Shown here piece by piece: positions 8,813-19,131 of a stretch of DNA of 64,000 nt. The notes under the pieces were generated by a model. The model was not told the origin of the DNA. It did not search any database and was given only the letters and a program-made list of their open reading frames with translations. How positions within the stretch are numbered: the stretch's first letter is position 1; each line of letters begins with the position of its first letter. The position numbers and the translations under genes are program-made. Source of the stretch: a bacterium (lineage in GTDB: Bacteria; SZUA-182; DTGQ01; JAFGSM01); contig JBLIRO010000016.1 of the NCBI GenBank assembly GCA_049472335.1, positions 1 to 64,000 on the forward strand, read 5' to 3'.

Positions 8813-11086
8813 TCATTCACCCGTTTTAAGATACTCGTCAATGGCCTTTGCCGCGCGTTTTCCTGCCCCCATTGCCTCAATAACGGTCGCAGCGCCCGTG
8901 ACCGCATCGCCTCCGGCGAACACGCCCGGTTTTGAAGTCTTGCCTGTGGAAGGATCAGAGATAATGCGGCCCTTCTTGTCTGTCCGGATGTCAGGGGCAT
9001 CCGAGATGGCGAGCAGATTGGGGCTTTGTCCGATTGCGACCACAATGACGTCCACATCTATTATAAATTCAGATCCCGGTATTGGAACAGGTCTTCGTCT
9101 TCCTGATGCATCGGGCTCACCGAGTTCCATCCTCTGGCATTCCATCCCCCTGACCCAGCCCTTTTCATCTCCCAAAATCCTTACCGGGGCAGCCAGCGTT
9201 ACCAATTCAATGCCTTCCTCAAGGGCGTTTTCAACCTCCTCCGCCCTTGCGGGCATTTCTTCACGTGAGCGCCGGTAGACCAACGACACCTTTTCCGCCC
9301 CAAGCCTTAGTGCTACCCTTGCGGAATCCATTGCCACGTTTCCTCCGCCGATAACCGCCATATGTCTTCCTATCCTTATAGGTGTGTCATACTCGGGAAA
9401 GAGATAGGCCTTCATCAGGTTATTTCTTGTTAGGAACTCATTGGCTGTATACACACCGTTTAAATTCTCACCCGGTATATTCATCATATAGGGAAGACCC
9501 GCGCCTGTTGCCAGAAAAACCGCATCAAAACCGTTGTTCAGGAAATAATCAATGGTTTTTAATTTTCCTACCACAAAGCTCGTCTGGATCTCAACCCCTA
9601 ATTTTCTGACATAATCCACCTCTGTCTGTACGATGCGCTTTGGAAGCCGAAACTCCGGGATACCGTATATCAGGACTCCGCCTGTCTTATGAAGCGCTTC
9701 AAAGAGTGTCACCTGATGCCCCATCTTCGCGAGCACCGCGGCTGCTGTAAGCCCAGCCGGCCCTGAGCCTATGATTGCCACTTTTTTTCCGGACAATTCC
9801 TTGGGCTTTTCAACCCTTATCTCACCCTGGGCAGTTTCGTAGTCCGCGACAAACCTTTCCAGCCGTCCAATGGCAATGGGTTTGCCCTTTTTGCCCAATA
9901 CGCATTGGGCCTCGCATTGTGTCTCCTGGGGACATACCCTTCCGCAAATGGCCGGAAGGCTGTTTGCCTCTTTAATGGACTTAATTGCCTTTAGAAAATC
10001 GCCGGTCTTTATATGACTTACAAAACCAGGGATATCTATATTTACTGGACAGCCGGAAACACATGGATGTTTTTTACAGTTCAGGCACCGGGAGGCCTCC
10101 TGCATGGCCATCCCCCTGGTATATCCCAGTGCCACTTCATCGAAATTCTGTATCCTGATTCGAGGGTCCTGGTGCGGCATGGGCACCCGGTTTTTAGGCA
10201 CCTCGATGACCCCTTTTTCCTCTGCTTCAGCGCATTTATAGTGCCATAGGGCGCGGTATTCTTCTCTGTTATACATTGCCTGCCTGCTCAGCAGCTCATC
10301 GAAATCAACCTGATGCGCGTCAAATTCTGGGCCATTCACACATACAAAACGAGTCTTTCCGCCTACAGAAACCCTGCATGCGCCGCACATCCCTGTAGCA
10401 TCCACCATAATGGAATTTAAGCTCACAATAGTAGGTATGTTATGCTGTTTTGTGACCTTTGAGACCGCCCTCATCATTATTACAGGTCCTATGGCAATTA
10501 CCCTGTCTATTTTCACACCCCCTGATATGAGCCTCGACAAGGCATCGGTCACAAAACCCTTGGTGCCGTATGTTCCGTCATCTGTTGTGTATATTGTCCT
10601 GTCTGCGACCTTTTCCACCTCTTGCTGCAGGATGAGTATCTCCTTGCTCCTGGCGCCAACAATGCAGGTTATTTCATTACCAGCTTCTTTCAGCGCTTTC
10701 ATGATCGGATAAACAGGGGCAATACCTACACCGCCTCCTATACATACAACATGTCCGAAACGTTCGATCTCGGAGGGTATGCCCAAAGGACCCACAACAT
10801 CTGCTATAAAATCCCCTTCCCCGAGCAATGCCAGACGCTGGGTGGAAGACCCTACTGATTGAAAAACTATGGTCATAAGGCCGGTGGCGCTATCTGTATC
10901 TGTTATGGTTAGCGGGATGCGCTCGCCACGCTCATCGATTCGTAAGACAACAAACTGTCCGGGTTTGGAAGATTGTACAAGGAGAGGTACATGTATCTTG
11001 AGCATTCTGATGGAGGGAGCAAGGTCCCTTGCTTCTATGATTTCGGACCTGCCCAGTCCTTTTTCATGATTATGATGATGTTCCAT
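8813..11086 (-). CDS. nfnAB: Fused NfnAB electron-bifurcating NADH-dependent reduced ferredoxin:NADP+ oxidoreductase
   Basis: NfnA half: KPGQF, RIPLT, GGGVG, MVDATGMCGAC. NfnB half: CLNCKKHPCVSGCP, CGRVCPQETQCE, GSGPAG, GGGNVAMD and YRR. Confidence 0.92.
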   Translation of the reverse strand: MEHHHNHEKGLGRSEIIEARDLAPSIRMLKIHVPLLVQSSKPGQFVVLRIDERGERIPLTITDTDSATGLMTIVFQSVGSSTQRLALLGEGDFIADVVGPLGIPSEIERFGHVVCIGGGVGIAPVYPIMKALKEAGNEITCIVGARSKEILILQQEVEKVADRTIYTTDDGTYGTKGFVTDALSRLISGGVKIDRVIAIGPVIMMRAVSKVTKQHNIPTIVSLNSIMVDATGMCGACRVSVGGKTRFVCVNGPEFDAHQVDFDELLSRQAMYNREEYRALWHYKCAEAEEKGVIEVPKNRVPMPHQDPRIRIQNFDEVALGYTRGMAMQEASRCLNCKKHPCVSGCPVNIDIPGFVSHIKTGDFLKAIKSIKEANSLPAICGRVCPQETQCEAQCVLGKKGKPIAIGRLERFVADYETAQGEIRVEKPKELSGKKVAIIGSGPAGLTAAAVLAKMGHQVTLFEALHKTGGVLIYGIPEFRLPKRIVQTEVDYVRKLGVEIQTSFVVGKLKTIDYFLNNGFDAVFLATGAGLPYMMNIPGENLNGVYTANEFLTRNNLMKAYLFPEYDTPIRIGRHMAVIGGGNVAMDSARVALRLGAEKVSLVYRRSREEMPARAEEVENALEEGIELVTLAAPVRILGDEKGWVRGMECQRMELGEPDASGRRRPVPIPGSEFIIDVDVIVVAIGQSPNLLAISDAPDIRTDKKGRIISDPSTGKTSKPGVFAGGDAVTGAATVIEAMGAGKRAAKAIDEYLKTGE

Positions 11087-11089
11087 CAA

Positions 11090-11497
11090 TTATGATCGTT
11101 CTTTGATTTTTGAGAGCATTTCCTTGATTTTTGTCATCAGATCTTTGGGAGGGCAAGGTTTATCGATAAAGGCATCCGTCTTCATCCAATACCCGTCCTT
11201 ATCCTGCGAGAACTCAAATCCGGTCCGGTCAGCCACAGCCGTCAGCATCAGGACAGGTGTATGCTTCATCGCCGGGTCCTGTTTCAATCTCTTCGCGAGG
11301 GTAAATCCGGAATCATGTTCCTCCATCATCAAATCCAGAACAATCAGATCTGGTTTTTCCAGACGGGCCAATTCATATCCCTCCCGGGAATTGTAAGCGA
11401 AAACCACCTCAAAACCGTTATGCTCCAGCACGGCCTTGTTCATCTCAATAAAGTCTATATCATTATCGATCAAAAGGATCTTTGCCCTGGATGTCAT
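11090..11497 (-). CDS. Stand-alone response regulator receiver
   Basis: LLIDND, VLDLMM, MLT and DKP; no output domain. Confidence 0.92.
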   Translation of the reverse strand: MTSRAKILLIDNDIDFIEMNKAVLEHNGFEVVFAYNSREGYELARLEKPDLIVLDLMMEEHDSGFTLAKRLKQDPAMKHTPVLMLTAVADRTGFEFSQDKDGYWMKTDAFIDKPCPPKDLMTKIKEMLSKIKERS

Positions 11498-11516
11498 TAT
11501 CAGAAGCCAATAGGTT

Positions 11517-12191
11517 TTATGAAAGTAAATCCTTTATGGTTGCCAAAAGATTTTCCTGATTAACTGGTTTGTTTATAAATGCATCTGCATTGAGCAGCTT
11601 CTTTCTCGCCTCTTCAGAGGCAGGTATCGGGAGTCCTGTCTCCTCGACAATGGATGTCAGAAGTATAATCGGAACGGATGGAAACCTGCTTTTTATCTCC
11701 TTGCTCAGATCGAAACCTGAATCGAGAAACTCCATCATCACGTCCAATATAATCAAATCAGGTTTGATCGTTTCGAGTATTTTCTTGCATTCCTTTTCGC
11801 TTTCTGCTGTAATTACTTCATAGCCGTGACCGGATAAGAGAGAAGAATGAATAAACAAAAAATCCTCATCATCATCCACCAGTAAAATCTTTTTATTTGT
11901 TGACTCAGGCTCTTTCAATCCTTCCTTGATAAGCTCTCTCAACCGGTCTTCATTTTCAACCACATCGATTGTTTTGGTTTTTAATTCACCGCCCTCATAA
12001 TATTGATAGTGCACAGTACATCCGCATTTAACATGGCACCGGAAAACCTGTTTAAGGATACTCTCATCATCCTCCATGGATAATTTCTCAGCCTGATAAT
12101 AGGGGCACCAGGAAAATTCACCCGGACCGATCATTTTCATAAGTTCCGGACAATATACTGTGAGCTTGGATCTTTTCGATTTTTCGCTCAT
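11517..12191 (-). CDS. Receiver protein with N-terminal Cys/His-rich domain
   Basis: N-terminal YCP..WCPYY..CHVKCGC; C-terminal REC domain (LVDDD, LDVMM, NKP). Confidence 0.88.
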   Translation of the reverse strand: MSEKSKRSKLTVYCPELMKMIGPGEFSWCPYYQAEKLSMEDDESILKQVFRCHVKCGCTVHYQYYEGGELKTKTIDVVENEDRLRELIKEGLKEPESTNKKILLVDDDEDFLFIHSSLLSGHGYEVITAESEKECKKILETIKPDLIILDVMMEFLDSGFDLSKEIKSRFPSVPIILLTSIVEETGLPIPASEEARKKLLNADAFINKPVNQENLLATIKDLLS

Positions 12192-12264
12192 TCTTAAGAT
12201 TCCTCTCCATTTTTCATGTATATATGCCTATTATGCACTAATATGTAAACCTATTATGCATTTA

Positions 12265-13776
12265 TCACAATTTATTGTCAAACTTTTTTTGGATATCCCG
12301 ATCTATAGGAAGATAAATAGTAAATTTTGTCCCCTTATCAATTTCGCTTTTTACCTCGATACTTCCTGCGTAGTTATTAACGATCCTTTTCACAATAGAA
12401 AGGCCCAGCCCGGTGCCTGTGATATTTCGTGTCCTTTTATTTTTTGCCCTGTAGAATTCGTCAAAGCATCGTACCAGATCATCTTTATTCATTCCTATCC
12501 CGGTATCTTCTATAATAATCCTGGCCATTTGATTTTCAATTCCACCGGCAATCCGGATGACGCCATTTTCCTTATTATATTTAATGGCATTCACTATCAG
12601 GTTGTTAAAAACCTGATGCATCTCTTTTTTGTCAACCATGATCGCAGGAAAATCATTATCCAAAGTGAAATCAACACGGATCTCTTTTTTTTCCATCTCC
12701 ATTTTCATAAAATCAAGCACCTCGGCAATGATTTCCTTCAGATTTACACTCTCTATCTGACGGCACTTTCCCCCGGCTTCTATAGCCGATAAGGCCAAAA
12801 GGTCCTTGATCAAATCCAGCAAACCTTCGGCCCGGATCTTCGCCCTGCCCAGCATTTTTTTATAAAGCTGCGGATCGTCGCCTGCCGACTGATTTAACAC
12901 CACATCAATAAATCCATGCATTGCAGACAAAGGCGCCCTCAGTTCATGGGAGACCATGGTAACAAACTGAGTCTTCAACTCTTCAAGTCTTTTCTGCTTT
13001 GTTATATCCCTAAGGATAATGACCGTTCCAAGGATATTTTTATCATGATCCTGGAGCAGGGTCGCCGTGCCCAGCAGGACCTTATCCGAGATCCTGATCT
13101 CCTGGCTCAGAACCCTGGCCTTTTCAATGTCACGAACCTGACTTATAAAATTCGAAAGCGCTTTGCTACTTGCGATTGAAGCGAGCTTGGCGCCGATGAT
13201 TACCTGTTTAAGCCCAAGCAGTTGTAATACCATCGGATTCCAGAGAACAATCTCTTCCTGATTATTTATCACCAATACACCTTCCCCCATACACTGAATA
13301 ATGGCCCTGGTCCTTGACTTTTCCGTATCCAGCTCCAGCAGGTTACGCTCTCTTTCCTCCAGCAACCTTTTCGATTCAATATGGAGCTTCCGCCATTCCA
13401 GTGCCTTATCGATGATAATAATGAGTTCATCCGGGGTGAATGGTTTTGCGAGATAATCGAATGCTCCCTTTTTGGTTGCTGAAACTGCCATCTCATAACT
13501 GGCGTACGCTGTCATAACTATCTGGATAGAATCAGGTGAAATGGATTTAATGGAGTCCATTACTTTGAATCCGTCCATGTCGGGCATCCTGTAGTCTATG
13601 AGAATGATATCATAAAAATTCCTTCTGGCCTGCTCAATCCCCTTTTCGCCGTTTTCAGCGGTATCCACCACGTGTCCTCGCGGCCCAAGGACCCTGATAA
13701 CTCCGGACCTCATACCGGCCTCATCATCTATAACAAGGATCTGGGCTTTCATCTTTTCTGTTTTCATATCTTTCAT
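12265..13776 (-). CDS. Hybrid histidine kinase (REC-PAS-HisKA-HATPase)
   Basis: REC domain, PAS-like segment, VSHELRAPL, NAIKY, DTGIG and GTGLGL. Confidence 0.93.
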   Translation of the reverse strand: MKDMKTEKMKAQILVIDDEAGMRSGVIRVLGPRGHVVDTAENGEKGIEQARRNFYDIILIDYRMPDMDGFKVMDSIKSISPDSIQIVMTAYASYEMAVSATKKGAFDYLAKPFTPDELIIIIDKALEWRKLHIESKRLLEERERNLLELDTEKSRTRAIIQCMGEGVLVINNQEEIVLWNPMVLQLLGLKQVIIGAKLASIASSKALSNFISQVRDIEKARVLSQEIRISDKVLLGTATLLQDHDKNILGTVIILRDITKQKRLEELKTQFVTMVSHELRAPLSAMHGFIDVVLNQSAGDDPQLYKKMLGRAKIRAEGLLDLIKDLLALSAIEAGGKCRQIESVNLKEIIAEVLDFMKMEMEKKEIRVDFTLDNDFPAIMVDKKEMHQVFNNLIVNAIKYNKENGVIRIAGGIENQMARIIIEDTGIGMNKDDLVRCFDEFYRAKNKRTRNITGTGLGLSIVKRIVNNYAGSIEVKSEIDKGTKFTIYLPIDRDIQKKFDNKL

Positions 13777-13788
13777 CTTTTACTTTTC

Positions 13789-15828
13789 TCACTTAAAGTT
13801 TTGCTCTTCACTACTAAATATGATTCCCGGCTCCTTTTTTACAAGTTCCGGCTGTTGCAGCGGGAGGATTATGGTGAAGGTAGTGCCCTGCCCGAGCTCA
13901 CTCTCGACCCGTATATCACCGCTGTGCATTTTTATGATTCCGTAAGATATGGCCAGCCCTAACCCGGTCCCTCTGCCGATCTGTTTGGTTGTAAAAAAGG
14001 GATTGAACAATTTCTTGATGTTCTCTTCTGAAATGCCCGATCCAGTGTCCTCGATCCTTATCTCAACGGATTCCTCGTCATCGGAGAGCCTTACCTTGAC
14101 ATTCAAGGTACCGCTTCCGGGCATGGCATCAAATGCATTTGTGAACATATTCAACATAACCTGTTTCATTTGTTCAGGATCAATCATAATTAGAGGGATA
14201 TCAGGGTTGCAATCAATATTTACCTTTATCTGCCCTTTTCTGTCTCCTACCAGATGGTAAGCATTTTCAATCAATCTCTTTATATCCGTCAGCTTTAAGA
14301 CAAGCCGGCTTTGACGGGCAAAATTCAGCAAGGCGGAGACGATATTTTTACATCTTTTCGCCTCATTAACAATTAGCTGAATGTCATCTTTTATCTGACT
14401 GCCATCCGGAACAGATTCAAGGAGCATATGTGAATAAAGGAGTATTGTGCCGAGCGGATTATTTACTTCATGAGCTATGCCTGCTGCAAGCTGTCCCATG
14501 GATGCGAGTTTTTCTGACTGGATAAGTGATTCCTGAAGCTTCAGCAATTCAGCCCTCAACCTTATCAGCTCTTTATGTCTGAAAGATTCGTCCATGCTTT
14601 TCAGATATTGAAGGCACATCCTCTTTTCAGCGATTCCATAGTAGACGGCCCCGGCATACTCGCGGCAGGTATTATATCCGCATAATCCGCAATTAAGCTC
14701 ATAGTTAGGCGTAGGTTTGTTCATCTCAAGCAATATTCTATTGATCTCTTTCTGCGGAACAGTAAAATTCTTGTCTTCATTGGTGAAGTTTCTGGAAAGA
14801 TCAAGATCTGACCATCTTTCTAATGCCTCTTTCCATCCCTCTACGGATGGCCACTTTGCTATTTCCTTGATAAAATTCAAAAGGGTCGAACGCCGTGACG
14901 GATAGTCCGCCTTCGTATCCATTCCTATTCCATTTAAACAACATATGCAGAAAGGCAAACGGAACAGGGTTATCTTCTCATATAATCTTGATTCGACATA
15001 TTCTTTAAGCATTGCACCAAACAAAGTCTTACCCATAAGACATATAATATGGTCATTCACTACCTGCAGGTAAGGATTAAAACTGGGAACGATCCGGTTA
15101 TTCACCGGATATATCTTTCCCTGCATGGAATGCGGCGGATCAAAATCGCTTTCCGGCAAAGAATTCACATCTATCTCGCGATCCCTGATAATCTTGTTTA
15201 TTTCCTGGAAGGTTAAGACCTCGTCTATCACTCCTTCAACCTGTGGATTCTTTGCCTCTAATCTCTTTGCAAGGCAAGGACCTATATATACCACCTTCGA
15301 TTCAGGGCCGTATTTCTTTTTAAGAAGACGTCCCATGGCAATCATGGGGGAAACAATCTTGGCGCAATAGGGAAGAATCTCAGGATAAAACTTCTGGATA
15401 AAGGATACCATTACCGGCCCTGTTGTGTCGATATAATGTCCCTCTAAATCATCATGTAATAATTTTTTGTATGCCTGCTCGATCAAATCAACGCCGAAGG
15501 CCCCTTCTGCCACATAATCGAATCCAAGAGATCTCAAGGCAGATATAAAGCGGTATGGTTGATAATCCCCTATGGATGCAGGAAATACGGGATCGAGACA
15601 GGCAACGGTAGTGGCTGAACTTCCCAGTAATTGCTCCAAAAAGGGGATATGGCTTTTTATCCGGATGGCTCTGTTTGAGCATATCCTTATACAGTTGCCG
15701 CATCCCACACATCGATCTTCAAGGATGGAGATGGATTCACCTTCGATGGTGATTGCCTTAGCCGGACAATACTGGATACATTTGCCGCAGATGCTGCAGG
15801 ATTTTCCCTTTGTCTCTATTACAAACAT
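13789..15828 (-). CDS. [FeFe]-hydrogenase-like (group C, sensory) domain fused to a histidine kinase
   Basis: 2x[4Fe-4S] ferredoxin; H-domain motifs IDTTGP..SPM, GPCLAKRLE and FCICCLNG; FeS motif NCGLCGYNTC..C; AHEVNNPL, DTGSG and GTGLGL. Confidence 0.88.
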   Translation of the reverse strand: MFVIETKGKSCSICGKCIQYCPAKAITIEGESISILEDRCVGCGNCIRICSNRAIRIKSHIPFLEQLLGSSATTVACLDPVFPASIGDYQPYRFISALRSLGFDYVAEGAFGVDLIEQAYKKLLHDDLEGHYIDTTGPVMVSFIQKFYPEILPYCAKIVSPMIAMGRLLKKKYGPESKVVYIGPCLAKRLEAKNPQVEGVIDEVLTFQEINKIIRDREIDVNSLPESDFDPPHSMQGKIYPVNNRIVPSFNPYLQVVNDHIICLMGKTLFGAMLKEYVESRLYEKITLFRLPFCICCLNGIGMDTKADYPSRRSTLLNFIKEIAKWPSVEGWKEALERWSDLDLSRNFTNEDKNFTVPQKEINRILLEMNKPTPNYELNCGLCGYNTCREYAGAVYYGIAEKRMCLQYLKSMDESFRHKELIRLRAELLKLQESLIQSEKLASMGQLAAGIAHEVNNPLGTILLYSHMLLESVPDGSQIKDDIQLIVNEAKRCKNIVSALLNFARQSRLVLKLTDIKRLIENAYHLVGDRKGQIKVNIDCNPDIPLIMIDPEQMKQVMLNMFTNAFDAMPGSGTLNVKVRLSDDEESVEIRIEDTGSGISEENIKKLFNPFFTTKQIGRGTGLGLAISYGIIKMHSGDIRVESELGQGTTFTIILPLQQPELVKKEPGIIFSSEEQNFK

Positions 15829-15841
15829 AGATTAAACCCAA

Positions 15842-18652
15842 TTATACAATCAATAAGTATAATATTATACTGCTATATAAAACCATAAACAATAAATGAG
15901 AGGCCATGAGAATATTATTGCTTTTAAGATTTGCCTCCCTGTATTTCCTTAGAATTCTGAACATACAGAAGAAGGAAAGAAAGATTCCAGAGAATATAAG
16001 CAGTGTCTGGAATACATGAAATAGAGGAATACTATATACCATATCTTTTGCACCGGATGTGGGGCGTAAAACAGTAAATATATAAAAATTTAGCTTAGGC
16101 AGGAAATAAAGGACAATGCTGACGATAACGGAAACGAGAAGGGGTTTTAACAGGCTTATCTTACTCTCCTTTAGATCTATTTCCTTAAATGTCAGGATTA
16201 TATAACTAATTATCTTGAAAAAAACTAAAAATTCAAACAAATAATAGATAATCTTGAATAAAAAGAAAAGGGTCTTGCCATAAACTACAATATTCTCAGA
16301 TATGGAGGTGGTTAAAATCACGCTGAATAATAAATTGTTTATAATGGGCAAGAATTGAAGCTGAAAGGCAATATGGGCTGTCAAAGCCAATGGCACGTAA
16401 GCATAGGCCAATCTACCTAAAAATTCCCATCCCGCCATATCGTTACTTTTAAATCCCATTTCGCTAATCAGCCATAATATAAAAAGCAGGATAAAAGGAG
16501 TCAGCACGTAAGTTAATGTAAACGGAAGGACTTCATTACCTATTATATGTTTATGCATAAGAAGGACAGGTATCAGCACACCCATTAAGGCAATGACGAA
16601 AAGAAAAAGCCCTTTGTTGAGTCTGTTTGAATTATAGATTTCTGTGGCTGGCGGTCTTATGTTTAAGGATATATTGTCATGGGTGCAGCTTCGCACGCAG
16701 TTCAGACAGACCTTACATGTCTGGTTATTGTCAACATACATAAGATGTTGAAACATGGGACAGCCTATCGTATCGGCTGTGCCCTTGTAACAGTCATGTG
16801 TGGTGCATCGATTAAGACATACATCCGGATTCGATCTGACTTCCACCATTGAGGCCATTGAACAGGTTGAGATCAAAGCACCCAACGGGCAGATAAACCT
16901 GCACCATGAATCCCGTTTGTAAACCATGCCCATGATAACTGCCAGGCTAAGAATGCTCAACTGTAATAACCCCACTTTAAAGGAAGAATTGCGCATTCCT
17001 GAAATCTCTTCTACCCAGATGACAAAAAGGAAGCCTATGGTCATAAAAAGAAAATCATACTTCTTAAAGGGAAAATTTTGTTCTTTACAGAGGACCTTTT
17101 TGCCTATATGACTATATGTCGCATAAGGGCATACAGAACACCAAAATCTGCCTACAAAAAAAAAGGATAGAAACATGGCCGGCCACCATATGGACCATGT
17201 TAACAATTTGCCAATATTATTATAGGGATATGGGAGATAATTACTAAAAATGGATAACAGTATGAGCATAAGAAAGGTAACTGCGACTATCTCCCGTATT
17301 TTCTCCGGAAAAATCCTTTTTTTTATCCATTTAGCAAAAAAACCTATTTTTAATAAATTATATAAAACCAGGGGCCTGGAAGCTGGAAGCCCTAAAAAGA
17401 GGTGTTCTGACCGTACCTTATCGGACCGGGTCAGGGTGACCGCCCTTTCGACAACTTCTTCCAACTCCTGAACATTTGACAGTTTATAGTCATGAGCCAA
17501 AAGGAGTTCCATTGCCGAATCACTTGCGCCATAAACCTTTTTATCATAATACTTGGCATATTTTCTTATGAAATGATCCACCAGATCAGGAATATCCTTT
17601 TTTCTTTTCCTTAGCGGCTCAAGGCAGATCTTGTTTGCCGATAATGATTGAAAAAGATTTTGGTCAAACTGCCCCTTTTCTACCCTTGATTGAAGAGAAA
17701 CTCTGCTTGTTGACATAATACGGACATCCGGGGCATAGGATCTTATTTTTTGTTTTTCTTTGGAACCTGCAGGAAAGAGAATCTCATATATCCTGGCCTG
17801 AATATCAATCGGGAGGACCTCAACATTTTTTAATAAAAGTGTGCCTCTCTCAGCAAGCTCAAAATAGCTCAATCCCATTTCATGTTCCTTCCGTGGTCTG
17901 TCATAATATAAATAATCTCCAAATAATTGAGTATCTATGGTATCAGGGATTAATTTTTCACAATCTACTGAAATAAATGGTTTCTCACGGCGCTTGCTCT
18001 TACCGTGGATTATCCTTGCGACAAGCTCTTTACCTGTCCCAAATTCCCCTTCGATCAAAAGATATTCGTCATTTTGAGCTATTCTTTCTATGTCTTCATT
18101 TAATCGGTTTATCGCCGCGCTTTTTCCAATAATCTTTTTGTATTGAATGATCCTCTTATTCTGTTGTAAAAACTGGATTGCCTTTTCCTTGTATTTAACC
18201 GCTTCCTCAACAAGCTGAGTTTTTCGAAACTGTTTTAGTATTGATTTCAGAATATGCTGGCTGATCTCCGGATCCAATTCCAAAAGCGTTAAAAAATTTT
18301 CCTTAGGCAGGCATATGCATTCACTATCCTTACTAGCCATAATTTCAGTGGTGGAAGGATGATCGTATAACAGATAATAATCTCCAAAATATTCTCCCGG
18401 GAGCAAATAGGAAATATGTGACTGAACGCCTCTTTGATCCCTGACATATATCTCGAGACGCCCGCTTGAGACTATATAAAAATTCTGTATCCTTTGATTC
18501 TGTTTTATAACTATATCTTTAGCTTTGAAACTGACTGGTTTAAATTGATCCGCAATATTGGGCAGTAAATATGGAGGTAATCCTTTAAAGATATCAATCT
18601 TTTTTAGTAAATTTATAACACTTATAATATCCATATCTTCTTTTTTTGCCAT
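15842..18652 (-). CDS. cNMP-binding / degenerate sigma54-type AAA / NapH-like polyferredoxin membrane protein
   Basis: cNMP domain (GEYFG), Walker A GEFGTGKE, GRFWCSVCP, WCRFICP, CKVCLNCVRSC, many transmembrane segments; no GAFTGA and no HTH. Confidence 0.85.
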   Translation of the reverse strand: MAKKEDMDIISVINLLKKIDIFKGLPPYLLPNIADQFKPVSFKAKDIVIKQNQRIQNFYIVSSGRLEIYVRDQRGVQSHISYLLPGEYFGDYYLLYDHPSTTEIMASKDSECICLPKENFLTLLELDPEISQHILKSILKQFRKTQLVEEAVKYKEKAIQFLQQNKRIIQYKKIIGKSAAINRLNEDIERIAQNDEYLLIEGEFGTGKELVARIIHGKSKRREKPFISVDCEKLIPDTIDTQLFGDYLYYDRPRKEHEMGLSYFELAERGTLLLKNVEVLPIDIQARIYEILFPAGSKEKQKIRSYAPDVRIMSTSRVSLQSRVEKGQFDQNLFQSLSANKICLEPLRKRKKDIPDLVDHFIRKYAKYYDKKVYGASDSAMELLLAHDYKLSNVQELEEVVERAVTLTRSDKVRSEHLFLGLPASRPLVLYNLLKIGFFAKWIKKRIFPEKIREIVAVTFLMLILLSIFSNYLPYPYNNIGKLLTWSIWWPAMFLSFFFVGRFWCSVCPYATYSHIGKKVLCKEQNFPFKKYDFLFMTIGFLFVIWVEEISGMRNSSFKVGLLQLSILSLAVIMGMVYKRDSWCRFICPLGALISTCSMASMVEVRSNPDVCLNRCTTHDCYKGTADTIGCPMFQHLMYVDNNQTCKVCLNCVRSCTHDNISLNIRPPATEIYNSNRLNKGLFLFVIALMGVLIPVLLMHKHIIGNEVLPFTLTYVLTPFILLFILWLISEMGFKSNDMAGWEFLGRLAYAYVPLALTAHIAFQLQFLPIINNLLFSVILTTSISENIVVYGKTLFFLFKIIYYLFEFLVFFKIISYIILTFKEIDLKESKISLLKPLLVSVIVSIVLYFLPKLNFYIFTVLRPTSGAKDMVYSIPLFHVFQTLLIFSGIFLSFFCMFRILRKYREANLKSNNILMASHLLFMVLYSSIILYLLIV

Positions 18653-18818
18653 TACTTATAATCAAACTGATAAATTTGTTTTGAAAGAGTTTGATATTAA
18701 ATAATTACTTGTCTTGAAGTAGATTATAATGTATATTTTTAATCCTAACAAGATAAAGCCTGATATTTTACACCATGATCCTTAAGTCAAAATATAATCC
18801 CAAAAGGAGAGATCTGAG

Positions 18819-19127
18819 ATGTTTATAGTACATGTTTCAGTCTGCGTTAAACCTGACTTCGTAGAGGAATTTATAAAGGCAACCCAGGAGAATGCCAGAA
18901 ACAGTGTTCATGAACCCGGAATTACCCGCTTTGATATTATCCAGCAAAACGATGATCGAACACGCTTTACATTGATAGAAGTGTATAAAACCATAGAGGA
19001 CACTGCAAAGCATAAAGAAACCCATCACTATAAAAAATGGCGTGATACAGTGGATGATATGATGGCAGAGCCCCGCTCAAGTATAAAATACAAAAACATC
19101 TATCCTGATGACGAAGGATGGGAATAA
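18819..19127 (+). CDS. Antibiotic biosynthesis monooxygenase (LsrG-like) protein
   Basis: [12 protein letters not shown] and [20 protein letters not shown]. Confidence 0.85.
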   Translation: MFIVHVSVCVKPDFVEEFIKATQENARNSVHEPGITRFDIIQQNDDRTRFTLIEVYKTIEDTAKHKETHHYKKWRDTVDDMMAEPRSSIKYKNIYPDDEGWE

Positions 19128-19131
19128 AAAT

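Noticed and set aside
8813..11089. Glutamate synthase small subunit (gltD) or pyrK call
   Set aside because: No gltB or pyrD nearby; the fused architecture with the DxxGxCxxC motif fits NfnAB.
13789..15828. Catalytic [FeFe]-hydrogenase
   Set aside because: P1 cysteines are absent and the domain is fused to a kinase.
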